DNA from: Bugula neritina
Lineage: Eukaryota > Animalia > Bryozoa
DNA: 64,000 nucleotides
Direction: 5' to 3'
NCBI GenBank assembly: GCA_964035545.1
Contig: OZ037769.1
Span: 11,066,633-11,130,632 of the forward strand
In this document: piece after piece, positions 40,339 to 53,800 of the stretch
Layout: each line of letters starts with the position of its first letter
Position numbering within the stretch: position 1 is the first letter of the stretch
The notes under the pieces: model-generated
What the model was told of the DNA's origin: nothing
What the model saw: the letters and a program-made list of their open reading frames with translations, nothing else
Databases searched by the model: none
Program-made: the position numbers and the translations under genes

Positions 40339-41746
40339 TAGCGTCAAGGAAAGCAGATAATAACACTCGCTCGAAGATTTGTCTAGCATATCGGGAACTA
40401 CGCTAATGCCACAAAGTTGGCGCATGCATTCGAAATACTGTCATTATTTTCTACATTATTATAGTATACAGTTTGGACGCGAAACCCACTACCAACAAAA
40501 TTTACTCTTAAAATGAATGCATTTATTATTTTCCCCTAATGCGTACGAAGTGCATAATATATTAACTGAGCAAAAGTGAAATAACTTAAGCATACCTAGG
40601 TATGTTTAATTTAAGTTAGCAATTAGCCTTGGCATTAGCCACAGTGCCAAATGTACATTTAAAATAATTTGTATTTTTAATTTTATACGTTGGCTATAGG
40701 TATATCATTAAAAATGATGACATGTGTATAAAAATGCAATTTATACTTTCTCATCACTTGCCTTGTTTGTAATCAATATCAAACACAACATTCAACTCGT
40801 TGAAGTACTTACAAGGGATATAAAGAGGTTTATCAATAAGTTGCAATCAAAATTTCCTGTATATGTATCATACAAATGTAATTGGCTGCAGAAATTCAAA
40901 ATTTATAATGAGAGTAATTCTTGTTGATTTTGTAATATACATATTTTATTATAAAAATAGATGCAGTTTCTTCTTATAGCCAAACTAATGACAGAGCTAC
41001 TCAGTTAGATTATTAAGCGAATAATTATTTACCCATAGTTTTAAATGTTTTACATTGGTGTATATGCTAATGAGCAGTGATTGGGTTTTATTTGAATTAG
41101 AGTTTTTCAGTATACCTTCGTTTCAACTCATGCACAACCATTTTTAGACAAAGCCAGCTATCACTGCGGCCATTCTATAGCATTACCAAGTCAATAATAT
41201 TAGATTTAAGACGTAAGAGTTGCAGTTAAAGTCATCCTAATAGAACTTTATAATTGAGCTGTATTACTTATATGTTTGAATGACTTAGCTGATGTTGGAC
41301 AATGTAAAGTAAATTATTTTTTTGCTCAAAGTGTTCAATTTATTGTAAGGATTGATCTATGGTTAAAGTTGAACAAGCACTGCTATAATATTTTTTCACA
41401 ATTCAAAACATATCGCATTATGGTAAGTTTTAATGATTAATATTTCACTATGATATTGGAAAATATAATCTAGTTGCACCTGGGCTCACTTAAGATCTTC
41501 ACAGCATACTAAATTATAGTTATAGACATGAGATGTTTTATAACATGGACTAACTTTATTAATATTAACAACTTCTACCAATGACACAATATTATATAGA
41601 ATAGTCGGTTAGCTGCTTCATATCCAAAGGTACAACAGTTGATAGTGACATACTACAAGTTAGTACTTTATATAATCTAACAACAGTGAGAGATGTGACA
41701 GTCAGCTATACCTACCAACTCAAACAGGAACATACAGTGTTACATG

Positions 41747-42709
41747 TTAATTGATGTCTCCAGGTCTTATAACAACTCTGTGAAAACGTGGAACTAATCT
41801 TAAAATACTCTTTACATGATCAATGTACTTGGGATGAAAATAAATGAACATACAAATATTCACAATGCCATACATTGAAAATAAAATTGCACTTACTGCT
41901 TCTACTGTAATTGCGAGGGTAGAAATAAAGTTTAAAGTCTGACAAATTAGAACTATGACAACAAGCAAAAGGCTTAATTGGTAGACAACATAACTCCAAA
42001 TAATGTATTTACTGGCTGATACCAATAGTTTATCTTCAGATGAATTCCTTCGAATCATTACCTTCAACTCTCTCCATACTTTGACCAGTATAACAGATAT
42101 TAGAAGGGACAAAATCAAATTTTGGACTGCAAACCAACTATACAATACTTTGTATTCAAGAGTGTTTGGTATAATTTGGATCATTAATGATCTCCAGCAA
42201 AACTTTATTTCTGGTATCAGACCTAATCCAAATGAGCTTAGGAACCCAAAAGTGTTAACAAGTACAGTAAAACACTTGAAATTGTTAATAAAAAAGTGTG
42301 TGCTATACTGGTATGGTTGACACACTCCAATATACTTCTCAATACTTGACAATAAAAACGCTAAGAATCTTAAGAGGGTTCCTCCTCCAATTCCAGCAAA
42401 TATAAGCTTTGAGATCCAATAAGCAGCCGGTGCATGGAGCTGCAGAATGGCTTCCCTAACCCAGCAGTTATAGTACAGCATACTTGAAATGCTGAATATT
42501 ATATCAGAGATGCCAAAGTTCACCAAAATGAAGAAATATTTGGTAGTTTTAATCTCTTTCATCTGATTCAGTACAGCCAGATGTAGAATATTGAGAATTA
42601 TGGACAGACAGTTCACTCCATCGATGATCTGTGCAATTGAATGATAGCATTGATCTGTGTCATTGTGACAGGGTAGAATATCTCTGTATGCTACACTCTG
42701 GTTGCTCAT
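41747..42709 (-). CDS. Intronless rhodopsin-like (class A) orphan GPCR, 320 aa, copy 1
   Basis: Seven hydrophobic segments; TM1 LNILHL, TM2 NFGISD, TM3 SIEKYIGVCQP (DRY-equivalent EKY), TM7 YGIVN...YFHPKY. Confidence 0.85.
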   Translation of the reverse strand: MSNQSVAYRDILPCHNDTDQCYHSIAQIIDGVNCLSIILNILHLAVLNQMKEIKTTKYFFILVNFGISDIIFSISSMLYYNCWVREAILQLHAPAAYWISKLIFAGIGGGTLLRFLAFLLSSIEKYIGVCQPYQYSTHFFINNFKCFTVLVNTFGFLSSFGLGLIPEIKFCWRSLMIQIIPNTLEYKVLYSWFAVQNLILSLLISVILVKVWRELKVMIRRNSSEDKLLVSASKYIIWSYVVYQLSLLLVVIVLICQTLNFISTLAITVEAVSAILFSMYGIVNICMFIYFHPKYIDHVKSILRLVPRFHRVVIRPGDIN

Positions 42710-43393
42710 CTTTCTTTATAACTCAAGGTCAAATACACAACAAAGTCTATGCAAATCTTTTACTATTAGAGATGCTATTGGTCTGGTGGCTTTACACTAT
42801 TTCTGCAAGTAAAGTACATGTGGTAAACGCTAGAATTAGAAAAAAGTTTTATCATATTTAATAAGCAACACAAGATTTGCTCTGCACATACCATGTCAGT
42901 CTCAATGTAATACAGTGCATCACTCTGTGGTCTGTGTTCTAGCAGGATCCTGCAGCTGATGGAGTAAAGTCTCAAGATGTGTCAGACTCATGATCTGTTT
43001 GATAAGTAACAAGCTGAGCCTCACACTATGATAAACTCATTTCAATTTTCTTGTTTTAAAGGCCTCAAACTGCTACGCATTATATCAGAGAATAATTATT
43101 TTATTTTTAATATAGTTTTATTGACAATTTTACTTCAGGCAGTAATTGACCCTACTTGTAGTAAATAGAATGTGACATGCAGATAACAGCTTATAACAAT
43201 ATTATACTGGACAATATAGTGTGATGCTACCAATTTAGCTTCTTGAGTATGCATATAAATTGATGATGATACTATAATACTATAGGTGAAGATGCTACAA
43301 GAATAAGAAAGGAAAATAACATAGCAGAATATTAAAAGTAGCAATAAAGGCATTAACTTTGGTTTCAAAATGGAGCTTGATATGTATGTATTA

Positions 43394-43395
43394 TG

Positions 43396-43434
<39 letters not shown>

Positions 43435-43435
43435 A

Positions 43436-43499
<64 letters not shown>

Positions 43500-43500
43500 T
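43394..43500. repeat. (GTGC)n microsatellite
   Basis: Direct reading. Confidence 0.95.
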
Positions 43501-44595
43501 GGTTTATGTGAAGACGTTTATGATTAACTTAAGGAATCAGAAAGCTTTTTATAAATAAATTTCAATTATAAAACAAATTACAAATATTAGCATGATGTGG
43601 CCAATATAGCTAATCAATAGCATATTATACCAAATGCACAGACAGTATAATAAATCATTAAAAAGTTATGAACTGTGCTGAAGCGGAACATATTATTACT
43701 TAACATACAATTAACTAAAATACCAAGCAGTATATTTGAATTATAAAGACAATAATATTCCAAGCTTCTTTTAAATTCTGTAATTTTTAGAAACTTATTT
43801 TAGTGGTTTTTATTTTGCGCATCATGAAGATAAAAGCCGTAAAGGTAAAACACATTCAAATAAAGAAGCAATATACGATACAATTCTGTTGTACAATATA
43901 TATAATAACAATTATATTCTTATAGAGTTGAAAGTTTGATCTATAAATCTTTCTATATAAATAATTTTATTAGTTACAGCATAGCCAGCTTGGAATAATT
44001 GACAAGTTAAATTATTTTGCACAAACATCATTACGTGCGCTGGAGTCCAACACTATAAGTACCTACGTCCTACAGGCTCCAGTTTTGTTTGTTTTTGAAT
44101 CTAATTATTCTGTTTTGTTTAACATGTTCAATGTATTGTATGTGTTAATTTATAGTTGAACCTCAATAACTGCCTTGCGGATGAATTTTTTCAAAACTTT
44201 GAACATTACATAATATATAGCCAGTTTTAATGTTGGTTTAGGTAAAACAAATCCAGGTAAATTTAGTTCAAAACCTTCATGACATTCCAACAACTATTAG
44301 GTGATATATTTTATAGCAAGGACAGATTTTATTTATATCAATTTCTACAATGGCGCAATATGATATAATAACCGTTACTCTATTTCATAACCAAAGGTGC
44401 AATAAAAATGAATTACAACGACTTTGTAGCATAAAAATTAGCTACATTTACAGTTGTTTAGCGTTTATGAAAAGTTACAGAAAAACTACAACAGTTGGTA
44501 GTGGCATTGACAAATACTTTATATGATTTTTCAACAGTGAGAGGTACATTACAGTCAGCTATGAGAACTCAAACAGTAACACACAGTGTTATATG

Positions 44596-45555
44596 TTAAT
44601 TGATGTCTCCAGGTCTTACAACTCTGTGAGAACGTGGAGCTAATCTTAAAATGCTCTTTACACGATCAATGTATTTGGGATGAAAATAAATAAACATAAA
44701 CATATTCACAATGCCATACATTGAAACTAAAATTGCACTTACTGCTTCTACTGCAATTGTGAGGGTAGAAATAAAATTAAAAGTCTGACAAATTAGAACT
44801 ATGACAACAAACAAAAGTCCAAGCTGATAGACAACATAACTCCAAATAATGTATTTACTGGCTGATATCAATAGCTTATCTTCAGATGAGTTTCTTTGAA
44901 TCATTACCTTTAACTCTTTCCATACTTTGACCAGTATAACAGATATTAAAAGTGACAGAATAGAATTTTGGACTGCAAACCAACTATACAATATTTTGTA
45001 TTCAAGAGTGGTGGGTATAATTTGAATTGACAATGATGTCCAGCAAAACTTTATTTCTGGTATAAGACCTAATCCAAATGAACTTACAAACCCAAAGGTG
45101 TTAACAAGTACAGTTAAACACTTGAAATTGTTAATATAAAAGTGTGTGTTATACTTGTATGGTTGACACACTCCAATATACTTCTCAATACTTGACAATA
45201 AAAACGCTAAGAATCTTAAAACAGCACCCCCTCCAATTCCAGAAAATGCAAGCTTTGAGATCCAATAAGCAACCGGTGCACGGAGCTGCAAAATGGCGTG
45301 CTTGACCTTACAGTTGAAGTACAGAATACTTGAAATGCTGAATATTATATCAGAGATGCCAAAGTTCACCAAAATCCAGAAATACTTGGTAGTTTTAATC
45401 TCTTTCATCTGATTCAGTATAACCAGATGTAGAATATTGAGAATTATGGACAGACAGTTCACTCCATCGATGATCTGTACAAATGGAAGATAGCATTGAT
45501 CTGTGTCATTGTGACAAGGTAGAATATTTCTGTATGCTACACTCTGATTGCTCAT
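44596..45555 (-). CDS. Intronless rhodopsin-like orphan GPCR, 319 aa, copy 2
   Basis: Close paralog of copy 1 with the same motifs; flanks also homologous. Confidence 0.85.
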   Translation of the reverse strand: MSNQSVAYRNILPCHNDTDQCYLPFVQIIDGVNCLSIILNILHLVILNQMKEIKTTKYFWILVNFGISDIIFSISSILYFNCKVKHAILQLRAPVAYWISKLAFSGIGGGAVLRFLAFLLSSIEKYIGVCQPYKYNTHFYINNFKCLTVLVNTFGFVSSFGLGLIPEIKFCWTSLSIQIIPTTLEYKILYSWFAVQNSILSLLISVILVKVWKELKVMIQRNSSEDKLLISASKYIIWSYVVYQLGLLFVVIVLICQTFNFISTLTIAVEAVSAILVSMYGIVNMFMFIYFHPKYIDRVKSILRLAPRSHRVVRPGDIN

Positions 45556-47335
45556 CTTTCTTTATAACTTGGTTAACGCAACATAACCAAATTCATTTTC
45601 GAATGCAATTCTGCCCTGTCATTGTCTTCTCATGCTCTTTGCATTCTTTCTGCAAGTCAAATACACGAGGTAAACACTAGAAATAGAAAAAGTAATCACA
45701 TTTAATAAGTAACACAAAATTTACTCTGCACAAAATCCAAGATGGACATACCATGTCAGTCTCAAAGTGTATCACTCTGTGGTCTGTGTTCTAGCATGAT
45801 CTTGCATCTGATGGAATTGTGTTGATGTCAAGAAGTGTTGGACTCATGTGATCTGTTCGCTAAGTGACATGGTGAGATTTTCCTATAACCTATACTGTAA
45901 TCAACTCATTTCAATTTAATGATATCTAAAAATAACAAATTAAAAAGTCAGAAATTAGTTATTGTATTCTCAATACAGTGTTAATGAGGATTTTTTCAAA
46001 CAGCTAAATTGATGGTATACAATATGAAGTTGGAGTTAAAGATGCCATATGCTTATATAACGAAAACAATGTAGCACAATTAGAAGCAGTAGTAAAAGTA
46101 TCAACCTAAGTCTAAAGTGGTACTTGAAAAAATTACCATATTGTAATGATTGTGGGAAGTATTGTTTCCCAGCCACTAGGTCACAAACACTCGTAATAAG
46201 AAGTGTAGTTGTATTATATTACATTTCCAAGGTGCGATAACTTTACGTACTACGCTCAGTCTAACCTTCTAAAATGCTGCACTTCTGTGGCATGGACAGC
46301 GCACTATTCGTTACGGTCACCACCGCCAGAACCCACCGGTCAACCAGATTGAACCCTCCATTTATAAAGTAGCGCCTGCCGACACCCAGCCTGACCCCTC
46401 ATTCCCACTTTGCTGTATCGTATGCTGTAATGTAAAATATCAGCCGTTTCTATTGTGTCTGAGCTGAAGTTTTCAAAATCTGCTATTAGGTACGATATAT
46501 AGGAAACTTCATTGAACAATTATATCTAGTGAGTTGGCGCAAAACTGCTTCTGTCTAATAGGAACCCGCCGCAACTTGTTTGAATCAAGCAGTGTTTGAT
46601 CTTAACATTTTAACATCTTAACATTCGTAAAAGTGACTAATATTTTACGTTACGGGATTTGATATGGCAAAGTGTGAATAAGGGGTTAACCTCAGGACAT
46701 ATACAGGATAAACTGATTGCTTGTATAACGGATTTTATATGTGTGTACTCTTTTGCTATTATTTGTATTTTACCCCCTTGTATAATTAGCTATGAAATAT
46801 AATCACTATTATAACGCATTCATTCCTCGATTTTTTTGCAAACCTCGTAGTTAGGCTATGAGTCAGTAATTCAGTAAGCAATAAACCACACTGGTAGTAG
46901 TCTACAAAATTACGATATTCAGCGCTACATCATATGACTGTGTGAACTATATGTGCTGAATGGTAGTAAGAGAGCTATGGTGTCAGAGATGAGTGGTGTG
47001 ATAGCAAGGGCACAATTTAGACATATTTAATAATTTTGTTTTGCTTTATTATGTTTAGTCAAAAGTGATGGAGAAAGAAAATACAAACAACAAAGCATTA
47101 TATGGCACAATAGCACTGTAGCTAATGAAGCCGAACAAGCAAGGAATGGTTGGCAGCTGGTAGAAAAGTTTATGTTATTAATTTAACTTCAACTGTCAAA
47201 ATGTTTTGGTTTCAATTCAAGTTTGCCAATAATCAGCTTCTCTGTATTTTCCATTCTCTTCAATTTATAATTTATAATGTCTATATTGCTTAGTGAGTCG
47301 TTTGAGTTGAAAAATATAATATCTATAAACATGCA

Positions 47336-47412
47336 AGTTGCATGTTGCGTGTTGCGTGTTGCGTGTTGCGTGTTGCGTGTTGCGTGTTGCGTGTTGCATG
47401 TTGCGTGTTGCA
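47336..47412. repeat. (GTTGCGT)n heptanucleotide microsatellite
   Basis: Direct reading. Confidence 0.9.
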
Positions 47413-48214
47413 TGGGTGTGTGTGTTTATGTGAAGAGGTCTGTGACTATAACTTGCAATCAGACATTTTTGAATGAATAAATCTTCGTTAAAGAGATTAT
47501 AAATTAACATGATTTGGCCAATAGCTAATCAATAGCATATTATACCGAATTCACAGATCGTATATATAATAAATCATTAAAATATTATGAACTACGCTGG
47601 GCCAACAACATATTATTTCACATACAATTAATTTAAAATATCAAGTAGTATATATGTGAGGTACAAACAATAACATACCAAGTTACTTTCAAATTATTTT
47701 TTCCCCAGAAACCTTTTTTAGTGGTTTTTAATTTGTGCATCATGAATGTATAAGCAGCAAAAGTAAAAACATTCAGATAAAGAAGTAATATAAAATACAG
47801 TTCTGTTATACAATATAACGATTATCTTCTAGGAATTACAAACTTGCTCTAAATATTTCTATATAAATAATTTTATTAGTTTCAGCATAACCATTTTGGA
47901 CCAATTCATAATTTAAAATATAAAACCATCACATGTGGTAGAGTGTACAGTCTCTAGCATTGTGTTTTTTGTATTTAATTATTTTGTTTTGTTTAACAAA
48001 CTACATCCAATGTATTGTAAGTTTTAATTTATTGTTAAACTTGAATAACTACTTTGGATCAATTTTTCAAAACTTGGAACATTACAAAATATATAGCAAG
48101 TTTTAATGTTGGTTTAGGTATAACGGATCCAAGTGAATTTTATTCAAAATCTTCATGACATTCTAACAACTAATTATAGGTGATATATTTTATAACAAGA
48201 ATTAATTTTATTAA

Positions 48215-48431
48215 TGTGGGCTGTAACTTGACTGATCATGCACGCAGGTCATGCTCATCAGATTGACACTACAACTTGATTGGTTAATTTCCGTGCATCA
48301 GCCCTTTGTAATGAAACCGATGTTAAACAGACTGAAACGCTATTTTTATCATTATAGTTGTGTTGTACTAGGAACTGTGTTGTGTAAAATATAAATATTA
48401 TTCACTTTGAGAGACCAATTTATTAATTACA
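48215..48431. mobile_element. 217-bp solo-LTR-like insertion with 5-bp TSD
   Basis: TGT...ACA termini; ATTAA at 48210-48214 and 48432-48436; absent from the paralogous sites 3' of GPCR copies 1 and 2. Confidence 0.7.
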
Positions 48432-48614
48432 ATTAATATCAATTTTTACCACTGACAAATGTTATATAGTAGCTGTTTATCTGTTTTATATTCAAAGGCA
48501 CAATAAAAATACAGTAGTTTAGTGACATAAAAGAAACTTAGTACTCTACATAACTAACAACAGTGAGAGGTATATTACAGTCAGCCATAAGAGCTCAAAC
48601 AGTAACACACAGTG

Positions 48615-49575
48615 TTAATTGATGTCTCCGGGTCTTACAACTCTGTGAGAACGTGGAACTAATCTTAAAATACTCTTTACATAATCAATATACTTGGGAT
48701 GAAAATAAATAAACATAAAAATATTCACAATGCTGTACATTGAAACCAAAATTGCACTTACTGCTTCTACTATAATTGCAAGGCTGGAAAAAGAGTTTAA
48801 AGTCTGACAAATTAGAACTACAATAACAAACAAAAGTCCAAGCTGATAGACAACATAACTCCAAATAATGTATTTACTGGCTGATATTATTAGTTTATCT
48901 TCAGATGAATTTCTATGACTCAACAACTTCAACTCTTTCCATACTTTGACCAGTATAACAAATATTAAAAGTGACAGAATCAAATTTTGGACTGCAAACC
49001 AACTATACAATAATTTGTATTCAAGAGTTTTTGGCATAATTTGAATTGACAATGATGTCCAGCAAAACTTTATTTCTGGTATCAGACCTAATCCAAATAA
49101 ACTGAGGAACCCAAAGGTGTTAACAAGTACAGTTAAACACTTGAAATTGTTAATAAAAAAGTGTGTGTTATACTTGTATGGTTGGCACACTCCAATATAC
49201 TTCTCAATACTTGATAATAAAAAAGCTAAGATTCTTAAAATGGCACCCCCTCCAATTCCAGAAAATGTAAGCTTTGAGATCCAATAAGCAGCCGGTGCAC
49301 GGAGCTCCAAAATGGCTTCCCTAACCCCAACAGTTGAAATATAAAACACTTGAAATGCTGAATATTATATCAGAGATGCTAAAGTTCACCAGAACACAGA
49401 AATATTTGGTAGTTTTAATCTTTTTCATCTGATTCAGTATAACCAGATGTAGAATATTGAGAATTATGGACAGACAGTTCATTCCATCGATGATCTGTGC
49501 AAATGGATGATAGCATAGATCTGTGTCATTGTGACAGGGTAGAATATCTCTGTATGCTACACTCTGGTTGCTCAT
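48615..49575 (-). pseudogene. GPCR copy 3 with a +1 frameshift (pseudogene or assembly error)
   Basis: Copy 1 reads TGC TGG GTT AGG; copy 3 reads TGT TGG GGT TAG G (extra base in the C-run at 49325-49328). Both halves are otherwise open. Confidence 0.8.
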
Positions 49576-50320
49576 CTTTCTTTATAACTTGGTAAAGTCC
49601 AACACAAAATCCATGCATGCAAATCATTTATTACTCAGCCGCAAATCTGCCATTGGTTTTGTCTCTACATTCTTCCTGCAAGTGAAATACATTCCAGTTT
49701 AACACTAGAGATAGAGAAAATGCAATTATGTTTAAATTACTTTAAATTAGCATACACATTCACTCTGTACATACCATGCTGACAGCATTTCTCTGTGTTC
49801 AACTAGCTACAATGTATTTATTGCCTGTATTCAGAGATGAACTAATGAAACTTATTCTTTATAGTATCTGACTCTGGTATAAAAACTACAATACAAAGAT
49901 CCCCGGGCCCCCCCTATATATTTGAGCCTAGAATCTAAGCAACTTAATTTGATTTTTATTTTTAAAAATGACAAATTACTATACTATATATATATTGCTT
50001 AAACAACTTTTTTTAGCTCTTTAAAGTTTCGAGAGTTGCTACTGAAAGTTAAACAATCTATTTTTTGATATAATTTTGGTTAATTGAAATTCATTCAGTA
50101 TTCAGTTCAATCAGCTTATAGTTATTTTCAATTTAGATATTTTTATAGTAAAGCAACATTGCTTTCAAACATTTTATGTCTATCTATCACATTATATGAC
50201 AGTGTTACAAGATTTAACAATAAAATGATAAAATAACGCAATCTAAAGATAAATTAGTATATTTTTTTTACTGTCACAAGTTGATAAAATTCATTTGTTG
50301 TGGGTATATAATATTATGTC

Positions 50321-50865
<545 letters not shown>

Positions 50866-50877
50866 ATCACACATCGG

Positions 50878-53800
50878 CCAACTTATGTGGCAGATATTTA
50901 AGCCCAACTTGTGTGGCGCTTTCACTATCATTATATATACCAACTCAAGTGGCGATATATATAAATATGTAATGCCACTCAGTGGTGATGAAATATAGAT
51001 AACGATATACAACAAAATATGAAAAGACAACTCCAAGAAAATCACTTGCATTCATAAATCACATGCTACTTGACAAATATCTGTCATTGAACACTACTGT
51101 TTAGTTAAAAACTTGGCATCAATGAAAATTTTGATTTTCTCTAATATCTATGGTATTTTTTGTATTAAAAAAATATGTGCTGTTTATTTAGCTATCATAT
51201 ACCTACAATAATTTGGGCAAAGTAAGATAAAACTAATTTCTGAACTAGTTATTTTCTAAAGTCTGTCTATTTCCATAAAATAATGTTTGGATAGATAGCA
51301 CCACTATATAGGGATTATTAAAAAAAGCCAGATATGCACTTATATTTACCGGATGCTAAATAATTTGCTTCAAGAACTTATTTTTGAAGTTTTACTAGCT
51401 ATCCCTTTCATTAAATCAACTGTATAGGTGCAGTATTTTGCAGATTTTTAAAAGTCTGCCTCAGTGATTCTTTGAACAATCCTAGATGACAATTTGACAG
51501 CACTATTTGTAATCAATCATCAAGGAACACCATTTCTTTAAACTAATTTTAAAAATATTAGCACATTTTCTGCTCTTTATCTTAATGCATCAAATGAGAA
51601 CAAAATCTCCTACTAATTTTTTTTCATTGCTGATATTATTTGAAGCACCGATGCACAATAAGCTGGTATGTTTTTAATGTTTATTTCAGATTAATTATAG
51701 TATTCTATTTGAATTTACATAACAAAGAGAATTTTAATATACAATAGCATTAAACTAATTTAAATACATTTTTCACAAACATATCTAAAAAGAGACTTTG
51801 AACTGTGATTCTTTGCTATAGTGCACAAACAACAGTCAGCTAGTACACCTTCTAGAAAGACTCTAGAAAGACTAACCCAACTTTTCAGTAATATATATTG
51901 AGTTAAAGCTGAATGTAAAGCTACTATATGCTCTTTTTTCTCAAACCCATATCATAGTTCTTTTTATTTTGAAATGCTTTACGGAGCACAAATAAGAGCA
52001 ACCCCTAACTATATATTTCACATGCAGTGGCTAATATTTAAAATAGTGCTTCTCAAAAAACCTAGAGCTATATATGCTAAAAGCACAATTTGAAAACCAT
52101 TTTTCTATCTTTTTATAAGCTATTGAAACTTTTTTTGGGCTAGAAAGCGTGTTGTTACTCTAAAAATTACTCTTTAATTGCAATAGCTTTCAATGAAATA
52201 TATTAGCAAGCTTCTGAATATGCCTTGAATTTTTTTTAATTTTCAACTGTAATTTTTATAGATTTAATGTTAACAAGTGGTACATAATATACAAGCTTTT
52301 TCAAAACTCACTCCCAACTCTTAGCAATTAGGCATTTTGCTTGCATGAACAGACGTTTCAGAACTTGCTTTTGTTGCTGTTTTTATGTACTTTTTATTTA
52401 ATTTTACAGGACATAATGGGGCTTATTTGTCAAACTATATAAGTCATCACTGGTAAACTACATTTTCTTGCTGGCTTTACCTAGCATAAATATTATATTG
52501 ACAATTTAAATATTGGCACTTAACAATTTGTAAGCTAGTATAGCAGTTTATTCACAATCTTACAATATAGGCAGCTGGTTTATCTTTCTTTTTTGTCCTG
52601 ATTCTATAGAGACAAATTAACATAATATCTATATGACAAGGACCAGATTTGATCCTAATTTTTTTGTTTGAGGATCAGTATACTACTATCACTATGCTAT
52701 AGCCTTGTAAACTGAGGCAAGTAGATAACTTTCCTTCTACAATGTTTAAGACATCTTCCATTGAAATACAGAAAGTTAATGCATGCTTTATAAACATCAG
52801 CAAGACTTTTCTAGTATTTTAGTAATACTTATATTATTAAACTTTTCTTGCAATTGTTTTCCGACAACTATTGTGCGTAACACAATGCTAATTTAAATCT
52901 TAATTAAACAACTTAGCTATGTAATTACAGGTTATTAACTAAAGCTTGCCAATTTTCACAAAAGCTAGACTTCAGAATAAGCAATTTTGGCTTGCTTTGT
53001 TGATAGCCTACCGTGACAGAGAGCAATCCAGTAAGTTGGGTATTGGGTAAATGTTTCAATTTGTTTTAAGTTTCATAAAAAGCTCTTTCAGTAGCTCTTT
53101 TCATAAATTGATAGAAAACAATATTGCGGATTATTGGAGTAGAGATACAAACTGAACAACAATCATTAAACGTGTTTTTTCATTGAGCAAATTTTAAAAT
53201 TGGTTTATCTTGTAAAAACAAAATATAACTGGTAGTTATCAAAATGCAATTTAAATATTATGTTTGCAAGCCAGAGTATGACAAGTAGGGCAACCCTGAC
53301 TATTAACAGGTTACAATTGCTAGATGGCGAGAATGAAGTTCTTCATTTCTAAAGCCTTGGCCCTAAAGTAAATAGAGCAGCCTACAGATTAGTAACTTTA
53401 GTTGTTGACTGACTAAACAATAATTAAGTAACTGAATAAATAAAAATTATCCAGTCATATTTCAATGGGCTAACTTTTGCAATGGAACAAGCACTGCTAC
53501 ACTGGAGGAAAACTTCAAGTGAAACCATTAACATCAATATAGCAGTTGTTTTTCACCACTAAAATAATAAGTTCAACTAAAAAAGCTTCTTTGATATAAA
53601 ATACAGAATCATACAACTTTCCATGGCTTATTCAATACTTTAGCAATGATCAATTTTACAAAAACTGGCTTGCTCTATGTTTCCTTATACAGCTACAGCT
53701 GAACGGTAACAGTGAACAGTTTTACAAAATGCAATTTATCATCTTTGAAAAGATTTCTTGCTGGTATGCAGTTCCAGCAGATTGAAGAGATTTGGTCAAA

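Noticed and set aside
43370-47510. RACV-repeat and CCVLRVA/QHATRNT-repeat ORFs
   Set aside because: Products of the (GTGC)n and (GTTGCGT)n repeats.
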